Shown one piece after another: positions 39,784-50,478 of a DNA stretch of 64,000 nucleotides (within the stretch, counting starts at the first letter, position 1; the number at the start of each line of letters is the position of its first letter). The position numbers and the translations under genes were made by a program. The notes below the pieces were generated by a model. The model saw only the letters and a program-made list of their open reading frames with translations, did no database searches and was not told the DNA's origin. The DNA comes from Nitrosopumilus sp. (GTDB taxonomy: Archaea > Thermoproteota > Nitrososphaeria > Nitrososphaerales > Nitrosopumilaceae). The stretch is taken from assembly GCA_965218695.1 (NCBI GenBank), contig OZ244651.1:1984001-2048000 (forward strand), written 5' to 3'.

Positions 39784-41025
39784 TTATCTCTTCTCTTCAA
39801 GGGTCTGCGAGGCAATCTTGGCAGTGTTCCGGGCACCTCCGGCAACAAAATTTTTTGAAAATTCGGCCAGACTCTCCTCAAAAACGTTATAGTCCTCCTT
39901 GATTCTGGTTATTGCCCTGACCACCTGCTTTGTCTTTGTGGCCAGCACCCCGAGATTTCTCTCGTCTGCCCACCTGATGTTGTTGGTGTGCTCGTCATAT
40001 ACCGGGATTCCTATGATCGGTTTTGACTTCCCGCCCATTATCTCCCCCATCACCGTGTGCGATCCGTTGACGACGGCATACCTGCACAGATTTAGAACCG
40101 TGTCCTTCTCCTGCTCTGAGAGGAACCCGACGTCAATCTGTATCCAATCTATCTTCTTGTCCAGAGCCTCCCGGACAGTATGCCTTCTCCCGTCCCTCCC
40201 AATGACTGACTCTATTCCTGGTTCATCCCTTGCATGCGATATGATCCTCTTCTCATTTTTCATCCCGTCCTGGGCAAACACCTCCTCGTACCTCTCACCT
40301 GTCCCATCGTTTGTAGACTTGTTTCCGGTACGCATCCAGTACCCAAACTCCTCATCCCTGACCAGCTTCTCAATGTCAGACTCTCCGGTTCTCCTGATCT
40401 TGCCGCCGTCTGTAAAATGTCCCACATACTCTACCTTGCCCCTTGCCCCGTCTGTTAGATTTAGGTTGTACTCGCACATGGTGTACGGCGGTGGCGAGTC
40501 TGCCACAAGAATTCGTGAGGCCTTGGCAATCTGTCTTGCGACAAACAACAGCGACGGATAAAGATATGATCTGGTGCTGTACAGCCTAGGCCTGAACTGG
40601 TTTGTGATGAACAGGCACGGTATGTTCCTGTTTCTTGCCAGAATGTTTGAGCCCATGTCGCCGTCGTTGATGACCAGATCAAACTTCTCAGTATCATACA
40701 GTTTTCTCTCCTCCCTGAGGTAGCTTACGACCTGCCTAACCAGCGAGGGGTTCTTTGAAACCGGCAGCAACAGATTCGCCAGCGACATTGAGACGCTTGG
40801 ACCCAACCGTCCGTCGATGGGAGTGGGCATTAGTATCTTGTGGATCCTGTCTGCCTTGTCTGGAAACCTCTTTTGCAGCTTTTCATACACGTGATCCTTG
40901 CTTGAAAAGTGAACGTCAGGCTCTTTTATGTAGTCGCCAAGCACATCGTTTAGTCTCATCATTCTGGAGTAGTGGCCGCTCCCCCACGGGTAAATGAACT
41001 CTCCTATCTTGGGCACAACATCCAA
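39784..41025 (-). CDS. GT-B glycosyltransferase (GT28/MJ1255-like)
   Basis: GSGHYSR, ITNQ, NGSHTVMGE, IPVYDEH. Confidence 0.82.
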   Translation of the reverse strand: MDVVPKIGEFIYPWGSGHYSRMMRLNDVLGDYIKEPDVHFSSKDHVYEKLQKRFPDKADRIHKILMPTPIDGRLGPSVSMSLANLLLPVSKNPSLVRQVVSYLREERKLYDTEKFDLVINDGDMGSNILARNRNIPCLFITNQFRPRLYSTRSYLYPSLLFVARQIAKASRILVADSPPPYTMCEYNLNLTDGARGKVEYVGHFTDGGKIRRTGESDIEKLVRDEEFGYWMRTGNKSTNDGTGERYEEVFAQDGMKNEKRIISHARDEPGIESVIGRDGRRHTVREALDKKIDWIQIDVGFLSEQEKDTVLNLCRYAVVNGSHTVMGEIMGGKSKPIIGIPVYDEHTNNIRWADERNLGVLATKTKQVVRAITRIKEDYNVFEESLAEFSKNFVAGGARNTAKIASQTLEEKR

Positions 41026-41047
41026 TCATGTGCGCCCGTTTAAATTC

Positions 41048-42178
41048 TCAATGATCCAGCGAGTCCAGAATGTCATGGACATTGTTGGGGCCCACTACAA
41101 CCTGAACCCTCCTGCGGGTCTTCAGGGCCTGGCCCACCTCCGTATCTGCAGGGGCAGGAACTTGACCTGATGTGATTGCAACTGTCCTTTGCAGTCTTGC
41201 AACCGCCCTTTCAAGCCCGATCTCCCTTGCATCTGCAAGCAGATCCGTATCTACTCCTGCAAGCGGCAGAACCGGAATCCTTCCTGCCCTGAAGACCTCC
41301 AGCACCATTCCGTCTGTAAACTCTGCAGACGATACCAGCGGCGATAGTGCTAGGGATATGCGGGCCTCAGGACCATGCAGCATTATCTCCAGAATCGACC
41401 TGACATACACCTGGTAGTTTCTGACCCCTCCCGGTCTGATCCTCAGGTGAAACAACTCTAGTTCTACCTCGTCTTGTACCAGTCTTGGAATTATCCTGTT
41501 GATTATTCGTACCAGCCAGACCAGCTCCGATTCCCGTCTGTAGCATACCATAATCCGGACGTCATGACCCTGCCTGATAGCCTCAAGACACGACACTGCA
41601 GAGATCTCGTCATACACGGCACATGCAGTCTTTTGCTCCTGAGGCCGGTACGGCACCCCCCCGCACCCCCCATCCAGAAAGATGCAGACATATGCGTTGT
41701 CCTTTGTAAGATACACATACAGCATCTTGTCATGGCTCCTCTCCGTTCCCGGACGGGCGTCGGGCTTCTTCTCTATGATGCTGGACGTTGCTGCGATCTC
41801 GACGTCCCCTGCAAGAAAACCGCTTGACGTACCCTCCACCCTTACCAGAAACCTTTCTCCCTTCAGGAGCAGGTTCCCCCCGGTGGATGCAATCTCCTTT
41901 ACGATGCCGTCAAAGTCGTTTCTTACGCATCTTGCAATTGCGATCTTTTCTATGCCGAAGAGGAGCCCTATGGTAGAAGAGGCAAAGACTGGATCGTTTG
42001 CGTGTACCAGGATTACGTCACCGTCACGCCTGACGGACTTGAACTGCTGGCCCCTGATCCTTAGAATGTCCTTGATGTTCTTGATCATCTGCCTGACATG
42101 CCTTCTTGAAAATATCGTTGGAAATACTACCACGTATGATACCTCATTCATACACGATACCCTGACACCTGCCTGCAT
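41048..42178 (-). CDS. ThiI-like THUMP-domain protein with degenerate PP-loop
   Basis: LFGIEK, FLVRV THUMP pattern, GGVP; the SGGxDS position reads YDEIS; start may be 42151. Confidence 0.75.
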   Translation of the reverse strand: MQAGVRVSCMNEVSYVVVFPTIFSRRHVRQMIKNIKDILRIRGQQFKSVRRDGDVILVHANDPVFASSTIGLLFGIEKIAIARCVRNDFDGIVKEIASTGGNLLLKGERFLVRVEGTSSGFLAGDVEIAATSSIIEKKPDARPGTERSHDKMLYVYLTKDNAYVCIFLDGGCGGVPYRPQEQKTACAVYDEISAVSCLEAIRQGHDVRIMVCYRRESELVWLVRIINRIIPRLVQDEVELELFHLRIRPGGVRNYQVYVRSILEIMLHGPEARISLALSPLVSSAEFTDGMVLEVFRAGRIPVLPLAGVDTDLLADAREIGLERAVARLQRTVAITSGQVPAPADTEVGQALKTRRRVQVVVGPNNVHDILDSLDH

Positions 42179-42199
42179 ATAATTTAGTGCCGGATCCGC

Positions 42200-43412
42200 G
42201 GGTGTGTCCTAGTAATAAAAAATGCCATCCCATGTACCAGAATGCCAAAGACACGATTGGTGCCAGAACCCGTCGACGTCAACAGTGCCGCACCGTCAAT
42301 CTTTCACAACCCATAAAATCCCCCAAATCCAAGACACGGTGCGGAGGCTCCGCTAGGAGGCGCGTGTCAAGACGCGCCGGTTACGCTGCAAGTGTCGCGA
42401 TTTGATCCTGTGTGAGCCTGCCGTCTTTTGCCTGCAATCTGGCCACGAGGTCGACGTTGTAGCACATGACACGGATCGCAGTCTCCCTTGTCCGGTTCTC
42501 GTGTTTTCGGCACCTGGTGCTGTCCCCGTACATCTTCTTGAGGGCGGCAAAGACTGCCTCGATGATGCTGCGCTGGTGGTATTCCGAGTCAAACCTGTCC
42601 CGTTCATCCATGTACAGGCTTACCATCTCGCGCCACGACTGGCTTCCCCTGGCGTTGCGTATGGTGTTGGATTTTGGCTTGATGCGGGGTACCATTCCCA
42701 TCGCAGATATCATGTTGCACATTAGCCTTGCCAGGTATGCAGAATCCAGGCAAAAGTCGCCGGTGCCCCGGCCTAACCTGCCGAGCATCGCGTACAGCCC
42801 GTTTATGTCTGCCACTGCGCTGTCAGTCACCATGCAGTCGATTATCACCCTGGTGCGGATATCCACGATTGCGTGCAGTTTGACCCATCCCTTTCTGGTA
42901 CGAAAACTGTCGGTCCTGACGTCAAACCACCTGACAAACCGCAGGTACGAGTATCCGGTACCGTCTGCTGCCAGGGAGCCTGCCTCCACCTCCCTGATGG
43001 CAATCCGGTGTGCCTCTGCCAGGTACCATTCCGGGATCAGGCCGTAGGCGCGTGCTATCGTGCTCTTGGAGGGAATTTTCTCTAGGCCCATCTTGGCTGC
43101 CATGGCGCTATTGTTTCGGAGGATGCCGACCATCTTACGGTAGGTCGTGCGCTGTGCCTCAAGCATGATGCAGACAGCTGCCATGGCGCCAGGCGGGTAT
43201 GCCGTCATGCCGCCCAGGCCGGGCCTGACGGCGTACGGATCCCCAAGATTCTTGATTATTCCCAGCACGGTATTCAGCATGAGGCCCGACAGGTACTGCT
43301 GAACCAAATCGTACTGTCGTTGGTCGCGTTTCTTTGTAGTCATTAGGCGATGCCGTGATCCGCCGATCCATATCTTTTGTCATCCGGGGGTATATGCCTC
43401 TAGGACACACCC
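42200..43412 (-). mobile_element. IS5-family insertion sequence
   Basis: Perfect 13-bp TIR GGGTGTGTCCTAG; 9-bp TSD CGGATCCGC at 42191-42199 and 43413-43421. Confidence 0.93.
42381..43343 (-). CDS. IS5-family DDE transposase
   Basis: DGTG, WVKLH, DSAY, YHQRSIIEAVFAALK (YREK-like). Confidence 0.92.
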   Translation of the reverse strand: MTTKKRDQRQYDLVQQYLSGLMLNTVLGIIKNLGDPYAVRPGLGGMTAYPPGAMAAVCIMLEAQRTTYRKMVGILRNNSAMAAKMGLEKIPSKSTIARAYGLIPEWYLAEAHRIAIREVEAGSLAADGTGYSYLRFVRWFDVRTDSFRTRKGWVKLHAIVDIRTRVIIDCMVTDSAVADINGLYAMLGRLGRGTGDFCLDSAYLARLMCNMISAMGMVPRIKPKSNTIRNARGSQSWREMVSLYMDERDRFDSEYHQRSIIEAVFAALKKMYGDSTRCRKHENRTRETAIRVMCYNVDLVARLQAKDGRLTQDQIATLAA

Positions 43413-43457
43413 CGGATCCGCACAATCAATATAAAACTAATAGTCCAAGACACCTCC

Positions 43458-44186
43458 ATGATAAGATTTACACCCGAGCAGGTCGGCAAGCTCAACGATT
43501 CTGTGAGGACTACCGAGGACGCACTGCGGTGGGCCTCTGAGAACCTGCACCCTAGGGTTGCCAAGGCATCGAGCTTTGGAGCCGAGGACGCAGTAATTAT
43601 GGACATCATGATGAAGATCAACCCGGAATTCAGATTCTTCACACTTGACACGGGCAGGCTGCCCCAAGAGACGTATGACATCATGGAGGTGGTTCGAAGT
43701 AGATACAACACCACCATCGAGGTACTCTTTCCTGACGCGGGAGAAGTCCAGGAGATGGTCAGGGAGAAGGGCCCAAACCTCTTCTATGACAGCGTGGAGA
43801 ACAGAAAACTCTGCTGCAGCATCCGCAAGGTTTACCCCATGAACAAGATGCTTGCAACCCTAGACGGGTGGATTACCGGGCTGAGGAGGGATCAGACTGA
43901 CATGCGAAGGGATACGGCCATGTTCCAACTGGACCACGGACACGATGGTATCCTAAAGATCAACCCCATTATTGACTGGACGTGGGAGCAGGTCCAGGAC
44001 TATATCCGGAAAAACGATCTTCCATGCAACGCCCTGCTGACGAAAGGATATGCGAGCATCGGGTGCGCGCCCTGTACCCGGCCGATAAGACTAGGTGAGG
44101 ATCTCCGGGCCGGAAGGTGGTGGTGGGAGCAGAACCAGCATAAGGAGTGTGGACTTCATATAACCCCTAGTACAGAGGAGTCATGA
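43458..44186 (+). CDS. cysH: APS/PAPS reductase with 4Fe-4S motif
   Basis: [37 protein letters not shown]. Confidence 0.94.
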   Translation: MIRFTPEQVGKLNDSVRTTEDALRWASENLHPRVAKASSFGAEDAVIMDIMMKINPEFRFFTLDTGRLPQETYDIMEVVRSRYNTTIEVLFPDAGEVQEMVREKGPNLFYDSVENRKLCCSIRKVYPMNKMLATLDGWITGLRRDQTDMRRDTAMFQLDHGHDGILKINPIIDWTWEQVQDYIRKNDLPCNALLTKGYASIGCAPCTRPIRLGEDLRAGRWWWEQNQHKECGLHITPSTEES

Positions 44187-45325
44187 TGGCACAGGGCACA
44201 ATCAGGGCACACGGGGGAACACTGGTGAACAGAATCACCAACACCAACCCTGCCGGTCTGTACTCTGTTACACTTGCTGATGATCTTGCAAACGACGTAG
44301 AGAATATAGCAGACGGGATCTTCAGCCCCCTTGAGGGGTTCCTTGGAAGGCAGGACTTTGAAAGCGTCGTGTCGCGGGGAAGACTTGAAAACGATCTGGC
44401 CTGGACCATTCCAATAACACTTGATGTGGACGGACCGACAGGCACCAAGATGAAGGATGCCGGAGACGTGCTGTTGCGCAACTCCAAGGGAGACGCAGTT
44501 GCGGTGATTCACGTAGAGGAGATATTTTCATTTGACAAAAAAGAGACTGTACAGGGCGTGTATGGCACCACCGATTCGTCCCATCCTGGGGTTGCCAAGA
44601 CCATGTCCATGAACGAATGCCTCGTAGGAGGATCAATTGACTACATTAAGAGACCTGAACATACTGAGATTAGAAGGAACAGGATGACCCCTGTCCAGAC
44701 TCGGGACGCCTTTGCGCAGGCAGGCTGGAAGAAGATCTGCGCGTTTCAGACTAGAAATCCTCCCCATGTAGCCCACGAGATGCTGCAAAAGACGTCAATT
44801 ACCACACGGGACGGTGTATTCGTCAATCCCATCATCGGAAGGAAGAAGTCAGGCGACTTTGCTGACGAGGTCATTATAAAATGCTATGAGACCATGATAG
44901 ATCTGTACTATCCTGAAAACAGGTGCATGCTTGGAACCCTTCACACCGAGATGAAGTATGCCGGTCCCAGGGAGGCAATCCACCACGCAATCATGAGACA
45001 GAACTATGGATGCACGCACATCATAATAGGGCGGGATCATGCAGGCGTAGGCAAGTTCTACGATCCGTTTGCCGCGCAGAAGATATTTGCAGACTATCGC
45101 GATCTGGAGATCTCCCCTGTCTTCTTTCCTGCGTTCTTTTACTGCAAGAGATGCCTTACGTATACCACTGGCAAGGCATGTCCGCATGGCGATGACTTAA
45201 AGGAGCAGATCAGTGGTACGAAGCTGCGGGAGATGATCCAGAACGGCCAGTCCCCGTCCGAGTTCATCCTGAGACCCGAGGTGGCAAGGGTGATCCTAGA
45301 TCATCCAAAACCGTTTGTAGACTAA
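44183..45325 (+). CDS. sat: Sulfate adenylyltransferase
   Basis: [37 protein letters not shown]. Confidence 0.96.
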   Translation: MMAQGTIRAHGGTLVNRITNTNPAGLYSVTLADDLANDVENIADGIFSPLEGFLGRQDFESVVSRGRLENDLAWTIPITLDVDGPTGTKMKDAGDVLLRNSKGDAVAVIHVEEIFSFDKKETVQGVYGTTDSSHPGVAKTMSMNECLVGGSIDYIKRPEHTEIRRNRMTPVQTRDAFAQAGWKKICAFQTRNPPHVAHEMLQKTSITTRDGVFVNPIIGRKKSGDFADEVIIKCYETMIDLYYPENRCMLGTLHTEMKYAGPREAIHHAIMRQNYGCTHIIIGRDHAGVGKFYDPFAAQKIFADYRDLEISPVFFPAFFYCKRCLTYTTGKACPHGDDLKEQISGTKLREMIQNGQSPSEFILRPEVARVILDHPKPFVD

Positions 45326-45356
45326 ATATTTATTCAATCATACCTTCCCATACCTC

Positions 45357-46022
45357 GTGAAGTATCTGTATGTCATCATCCTGCTTGCAGGATTTCTGGT
45401 CATCCCGGCATCGGCACAGGATGTAATGAACCCCTCGCTTATCAACCAGACGATCGAGATCCCGGCCGACGAGTTCAACCGGGTTCAGCGCGTGGCCCCT
45501 GTGGTGATGCTCGACGAGGCTCATGCGGTACACTGGCAGGTAACCATCGATAACAATCTCATATATGAAAACCCTGACGGCAACGCGGTTCTCCGGCTGT
45601 ACGACCAAGAGACGCACGACGAGTTCATCGAGGTGGGCATGGGCTCTAATCCTGACAACAAGTACTGGGTTGCAGTACAAACGCCTGAAGAGGGATACAT
45701 CGTGGTTCACCGGGATCTGGACAGGGGATGGTACCAGCAGGCAAAGTCCATAATATCCTACACTGACAGGGCCGGCCTTACCGTGAATAACGGAGCCAGA
45801 ATTGTGGTGACGAATCTGGACATCGGATTGTTCGTCATTGACGGCTACTCGGTACACGGGATGGACGGCTCGACTGATCCCCCCGCTGTAAACTCTGGCA
45901 GCATGGTTGTAGAGTTCCGTTCCGGCGATCCCGCCGAGAACGTCCTTGCACTGTTCCCGTTCTATCTGGCAGCAGGCATCGGGGTAATAGTGGGCGTGCT
46001 GTACCTAACAAAGAGGCGTTAG
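45357..46022 (+). CDS. Secreted protein with C-terminal membrane anchor
   Basis: Signal peptide, beta-rich domain, TM helix plus KRR tail. Confidence 0.75.
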   Translation: MKYLYVIILLAGFLVIPASAQDVMNPSLINQTIEIPADEFNRVQRVAPVVMLDEAHAVHWQVTIDNNLIYENPDGNAVLRLYDQETHDEFIEVGMGSNPDNKYWVAVQTPEEGYIVVHRDLDRGWYQQAKSIISYTDRAGLTVNNGARIVVTNLDIGLFVIDGYSVHGMDGSTDPPAVNSGSMVVEFRSGDPAENVLALFPFYLAAGIGVIVGVLYLTKRR

Positions 46023-46088
46023 CAGGCATTATTCCCTTGGATGCAGATTCTCATGGCATGCCCGGTGTGCGACACCGGATGCAGGCAA

Positions 46089-46475
46089 TCATCTCTCGGA
46101 CATGACCTGTTCGGCGTTGGTATCTATGCGAAGCCTCATTCCGTCCTTTATGGAGTCAAACTGTTCTCCTGATACCGTCAGAAGGGGGATATCTGCAAGC
46201 GCACACCCTGTCACAACGGTAAGATCCACCTTTTTACATATCATGGCAAGCGGGGCCGCGCTGTTTGACTTTATGGAGTAGATGGTATATGCCCCCACAC
46301 TGCTCCCCACCCCTCCGGGAAACACCAGAATCGTGTCCCTGATCGACTTGCCGGACAGGTCGTGACCATCGTCGCTTATTACTCCCGTTCTCTTCTCGAC
46401 GGTTCCGAGAAAGTTGATCGGATTCTCGGACTTGAGGACAACCCCCTCTGTCCTGCCCCGGACCAGAACCTTCAC
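46089..46475 (-). CDS. Phosphomevalonate dehydratase small subunit (AcnX swivel, DUF126)
   Basis: INFLG, GVI, LVFPGGVGSSVG; adjacent to the large subunit. Confidence 0.88.
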   Translation of the reverse strand: MKVLVRGRTEGVVLKSENPINFLGTVEKRTGVISDDGHDLSGKSIRDTILVFPGGVGSSVGAYTIYSIKSNSAAPLAMICKKVDLTVVTGCALADIPLLTVSGEQFDSIKDGMRLRIDTNAEQVMSER

Positions 46476-47620
46476 CTGGTCTCCTCCCGGATTATCTGTG
46501 AGAGCGGTTTCAGATTCACATCGACCTTGTTGGAATTCTTTAGATAGAATGCGCCCTTGACGCTGTTGGTAGTCACCGCATCAACGTTGTCATGACTGAT
46601 CAGCGGACTCAGGCATATACAACAGTCTGCAAGAATTTCGCAGCCTGCCTTCTTTAGCGTGTCTGCGTGGCCGGACTCTCCGGCCAGCTCCTTTGCCGTC
46701 CTCGGGCAGAACACCATGCATCTCTTCTTAAACGATCTTCCCCCCAGCATGCCGGCCAGCCCTGCAATCTCCTCAAATCCAAGCTGGGGGCTTCCAAGCG
46801 CGATTATGTCCCCCTCATCTGCAGTGTTTAACTCATCATGGATCTTTTGTGCCTCGCCCTCGTCAAAATCCACACTCTCGCCTTGGATCTCCTCGTCAAA
46901 GAAAAACTTGGCACACGTACCAGATGTTCCCATTCCTCCACACATTGCCTTGCACTGCCGCCTGTCCATACTGCCCAGCCCGCATATGTTTACAGAATCA
47001 TCACCCATCCTCCCTGAAAAGAACCCAAGCATTCCGTACGTCAGCTCGTCTGGTTCCTTTACCCTCATCTGGATCGACATGCTGGGCGCATCATCCCTGC
47101 GCAGTGCAGAGTACGGACTCTTTCCAGTGATTGCACTTGCCAATGCACTAAACGCACTCTCCTTGTTTGTCCTCAGATTATCGTACGAGTTTGCGTGGAT
47201 TGCAGCATTGCTCTCGGCAAACGCCACCTGCGTGCCCGGTTCCGGAACATCAAATATCTCGTACGGTATGCACGAGAATGACGGTATTACACCCATGGCC
47301 TCGTATGATGACCTGATTGAGAGCTGTTTTGAGACAAAATTCTCTCCCAACCCATAATCATTCACACTGTCAATATCAAATCCCATGGGATTCAGAGTCG
47401 TCCTTACCCTGACCCGGGCATTTCTGATGCTGGAGAGGAACTCCTCGCCTGCATCGCCTATCGTGTTGTAGTTGACCCCGGCCAGATGCGCCCATCTTAT
47501 AGGAACCAGCCTCTCTGCTTCCGTGGCCTCACCTGTGGCAGCCAGAATCCTGTATGCCATCTGCATTATCTCCCCCTGTTCCCCATTAAGTGCGGCCTTC
47601 TCCGAGTCTGTAAGATCCAT
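46472..47620 (-). CDS. Phosphomevalonate dehydratase large subunit (AcnX, DUF521)
   Basis: AHLAGVNY, TTLNP, SCIPY, AESNA, LGSPQ, DCC, TNSVK. Confidence 0.88.
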   Translation of the reverse strand: MDLTDSEKAALNGEQGEIMQMAYRILAATGEATEAERLVPIRWAHLAGVNYNTIGDAGEEFLSSIRNARVRVRTTLNPMGFDIDSVNDYGLGENFVSKQLSIRSSYEAMGVIPSFSCIPYEIFDVPEPGTQVAFAESNAAIHANSYDNLRTNKESAFSALASAITGKSPYSALRRDDAPSMSIQMRVKEPDELTYGMLGFFSGRMGDDSVNICGLGSMDRRQCKAMCGGMGTSGTCAKFFFDEEIQGESVDFDEGEAQKIHDELNTADEGDIIALGSPQLGFEEIAGLAGMLGGRSFKKRCMVFCPRTAKELAGESGHADTLKKAGCEILADCCICLSPLISHDNVDAVTTNSVKGAFYLKNSNKVDVNLKPLSQIIREETR

Positions 47621-47674
47621 GATATCATTGCTGACGAGATCTACAGATATAATACTTCGTTGTACCCCCATGAC

Positions 47675-48322
47675 ATGAAGAGAATTCTGTCTGGAATGCG
47701 GGACACAATGAACTCCATCAAGCCTCCCAGAATGACTGCGCTGCGGGAGCTGCACGATGCGGAGAGGGGCGGTCCGTTCAACATCCTGATAGGGACCATC
47801 CTGTCTGCCAGAACAAAGGACGAGAACACGGCCAAGGTGGTAAAATCACTGTTCTCCACATACAAGAACGCCGAGGAGCTTGCATGTGCAAGACTTGAGG
47901 ATGTCGAGGCGATAATCCACTCCATCGGATTCTATCATGTCAAGGCCAGACGAATAATCGATGTTGCAAGAATTATACACACCCAGTACAAGGGATTGGT
48001 TCCTGACAGTCTGGAGAAACTTGTAGAGTTGCCGGGAGTGGGAAGAAAGACAGCAAACTGCGTGTTGGTCTATGCGTATGAAAAGCCGGCAATACCTGTA
48101 GACATCCATGTCCACAGAATCTCAAACAGGCTTGGGCTGGTAAAGACAAAGACACCCGAGGAGACTGAACAGGAGCTCATGAAGAAGGTCCCAAAAGAGC
48201 TCTGGCTTGACATTAATGACACCTTTGTAATGTACGGACAGAACATCTGCAAACCTGTGTCCCCCATGTGCGGCGTCTGCAAAATCCGACAAAGGTGCGG
48301 CTTTTACAACTCCCTGTCATGA
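47675..48322 (+). CDS. nth: Endonuclease III
   Basis: LSARTKD, LPGVGRKTAN, VDIHV, C-x6-C-x2-C-x5-C. Confidence 0.95.
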   Translation: MKRILSGMRDTMNSIKPPRMTALRELHDAERGGPFNILIGTILSARTKDENTAKVVKSLFSTYKNAEELACARLEDVEAIIHSIGFYHVKARRIIDVARIIHTQYKGLVPDSLEKLVELPGVGRKTANCVLVYAYEKPAIPVDIHVHRISNRLGLVKTKTPEETEQELMKKVPKELWLDINDTFVMYGQNICKPVSPMCGVCKIRQRCGFYNSLS

Positions 48323-48451
48323 CTCAAGACAGCCCTCCCATGCATCCGTCTCATACCCTGCCATCACACCTAGGCAGCTGCGGCACTTTGTGAAGAAAAG
48401 ATTACCCACGCATGAAATTTGTTATAGACTAATATTCAATTACCACCTCGT

Positions 48452-49618
48452 ATGGTTGAAAGGCATATGATTGCAAACAACCCCCAACTCTCGATAATTC
48501 TTCCCACATACAACGAGTCCCAGAACATACTGGGAATCCTCAAGTCCATTCGCGAGAACATTCCAAAGGGAATCCGCTCAGAGACCATAGTGGTCGATGA
48601 CAACTCGCCGGACGGAACAGGAAGGATAGTCGAGGACTACATCTTAGGCATCAAAAGGATGGCAGAGGACACGATTGACGTGATCCACAGAAGGACAAAG
48701 AACGGACTCTCCTCTGCGATCCTCAACGGAATCCAGAACGCAAGGGGAGACATGATAGTGATCATGGACTCGGACTTTTCACACCCGCCGCAGATCATCC
48801 CCAAGATGATCGAGGCCTTCAGGCACCACCGGTGCGATCTTGTAGTGGCCTCAAGATACATCACAGGGGGCCGCATTCGGGGCTGGACTGCCAAGAGGCG
48901 GCTCATGAGCAAGACTGCGACCATGATTGCAAAGAAGGGCCTGGGCGTTCAGATAAAGGATCCAATGTCGGGCTTCTTTGCCTTTCGGAAGAGCATCATC
49001 AAGGGAATGAGCTTTGACGCACTGGGCTACAAGTTTCTGCTGGAACTGCTGGTAAAGACCAAGGGAGTCAGCGTAAGGGAGATTCCATACACGTTTGAGA
49101 ACAGAAAGCTTGGCTCAAGCAAGCTTGACGGGGCGACGGTGGTAGACTATCTCAGATCCGTCTGGCGGCTGTACAGGAAAGGAAGACGGGACACAGGCGA
49201 GAGGCGCAGCTCCGTGCGCTTTCTGTCCAAGGCGGCACGGTTCTTTACAGTCGGAGCATCCGGTTTTGTCGTAAACTATGTGGTCTCGATGCTCTTTACG
49301 TCGGGACTTGCAGAGATGTGGTATCTTCATGCCAACATAGTTGGAATAATGGTATCCATATCGACCAACTTTATACTCAACAAGATCTGGACATTCGAGG
49401 ATAGGGACTTTTCAAAGTGGAGGACGCTGACCCAGTATGGCAAGTTTGGCCTGTTCAGCTCGCTGGGCGCGCTGGTGCAGCTTGGAATGGTGTTTTGGCT
49501 TATAGATACACATGATGTAGCGTATCCGCTCGCACTGATCCTGGGAATATCATCTGCAGCATTTGGCAACTTCCTCCTCAACAAGAAGCTGACCTTCAAA
49601 GAGAAGCTCTGGGGCTAA
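48452..49618 (+). CDS. Dolichol-phosphate mannosyltransferase-like GT2 with GtrA domain
   Basis: PTYNE, VDDNSPDGT, MDSDFSH, DPMSGFF; C-terminal four-TM GtrA domain. Confidence 0.9.
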   Translation: MVERHMIANNPQLSIILPTYNESQNILGILKSIRENIPKGIRSETIVVDDNSPDGTGRIVEDYILGIKRMAEDTIDVIHRRTKNGLSSAILNGIQNARGDMIVIMDSDFSHPPQIIPKMIEAFRHHRCDLVVASRYITGGRIRGWTAKRRLMSKTATMIAKKGLGVQIKDPMSGFFAFRKSIIKGMSFDALGYKFLLELLVKTKGVSVREIPYTFENRKLGSSKLDGATVVDYLRSVWRLYRKGRRDTGERRSSVRFLSKAARFFTVGASGFVVNYVVSMLFTSGLAEMWYLHANIVGIMVSISTNFILNKIWTFEDRDFSKWRTLTQYGKFGLFSSLGALVQLGMVFWLIDTHDVAYPLALILGISSAAFGNFLLNKKLTFKEKLWG

Positions 49619-49654
49619 TCCCTGATTAAAACAAAAAGAAGGTCTGTTCGTCTT

Positions 49655-50311
49655 CTACTCCTCAAAACTGGAAGTAGTTGTTTTGGACGAAAGTCCGATT
49701 GAAGTTGGCGCTGATGGGAATTTTTCTCCTATCTGTTGCTCGGCAACTGCTGCTGCCTCCTGAATGATCTTCTCTGTCTCCTCGTTTGAGAGGTCGGAGT
49801 CCATATTGCCGAATGAATCTCCTGCGAGCGAGTCGACCATGAGCCCGTTGAGCGTCTGGGTCATCGCATTCAGTTCCGAGTCTGCCTCTGGCATGAATCT
49901 TCCCAGTGAGGATTTTAATCCCTTCATGGTTGACATTGCTGGACCTATTGCCACCATGGCATCACCAAGATCATGAATGGTTGTTAGTCTTAGTTGAACC
50001 TGTTCCAGTGATACCCTTGCGTTACTTAGCATCTTTGTAACCTTGCGGATCTCTGCTAGTTCGTTGGACAGGACTCTGCTTGTGCTGATGTCGTGCTGCT
50101 GCATGGCAGTTACGACCCTCTTGAAGAGGTGTGCGTCCCTTTCATGCAGCTTGTTTAGCATAGAGTCCATCTTTGAGACTTGGACCTGTAGCTTGTTCAC
50201 TGCAGTCTGGATTCGTGGCTTCAAGGCCCCCTGAGGCTTTATGGCATCATGGAGTTTGTCGCTCATGCTTCCTTTTTCCTGTTTAGACCAAGTTTTGTTG
50301 AAGTTTGGCAT
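49655..50311 (-). CDS. ESCRT-III (CdvB/Snf7) paralog
   Basis: ALKPRIQ...LHERD..LFKRVV...NELAEIRK...LEQVQLRLTT..DLGD; clear paralog of 29580..30227. Confidence 0.92.
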   Translation of the reverse strand: MPNFNKTWSKQEKGSMSDKLHDAIKPQGALKPRIQTAVNKLQVQVSKMDSMLNKLHERDAHLFKRVVTAMQQHDISTSRVLSNELAEIRKVTKMLSNARVSLEQVQLRLTTIHDLGDAMVAIGPAMSTMKGLKSSLGRFMPEADSELNAMTQTLNGLMVDSLAGDSFGNMDSDLSNEETEKIIQEAAAVAEQQIGEKFPSAPTSIGLSSKTTTSSFEE

Positions 50312-50334
50312 GACTGCTGGTTTAGAAATTTAGT

Positions 50335-50390
50335 CTTAATGTATCGTGTATATTTAGATCAACATTGGACTAAATTTAGCTGACAATAAT
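50335..50390 (-). promoter_or_regulatory. Second copy of the cdvB promoter module
   Basis: TGTTGATCTAAATATACA dyad (50347-50364) followed by ATTAAG. Confidence 0.65.
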
Positions 50391-50478
50391 CTATCCGCGG
50401 CAGACACGATCCAACGGGGTCATTCCAACGCAGCCGCCCTGAAGGCATACTATTATGACAGAATCGCCTTTAAAATGC

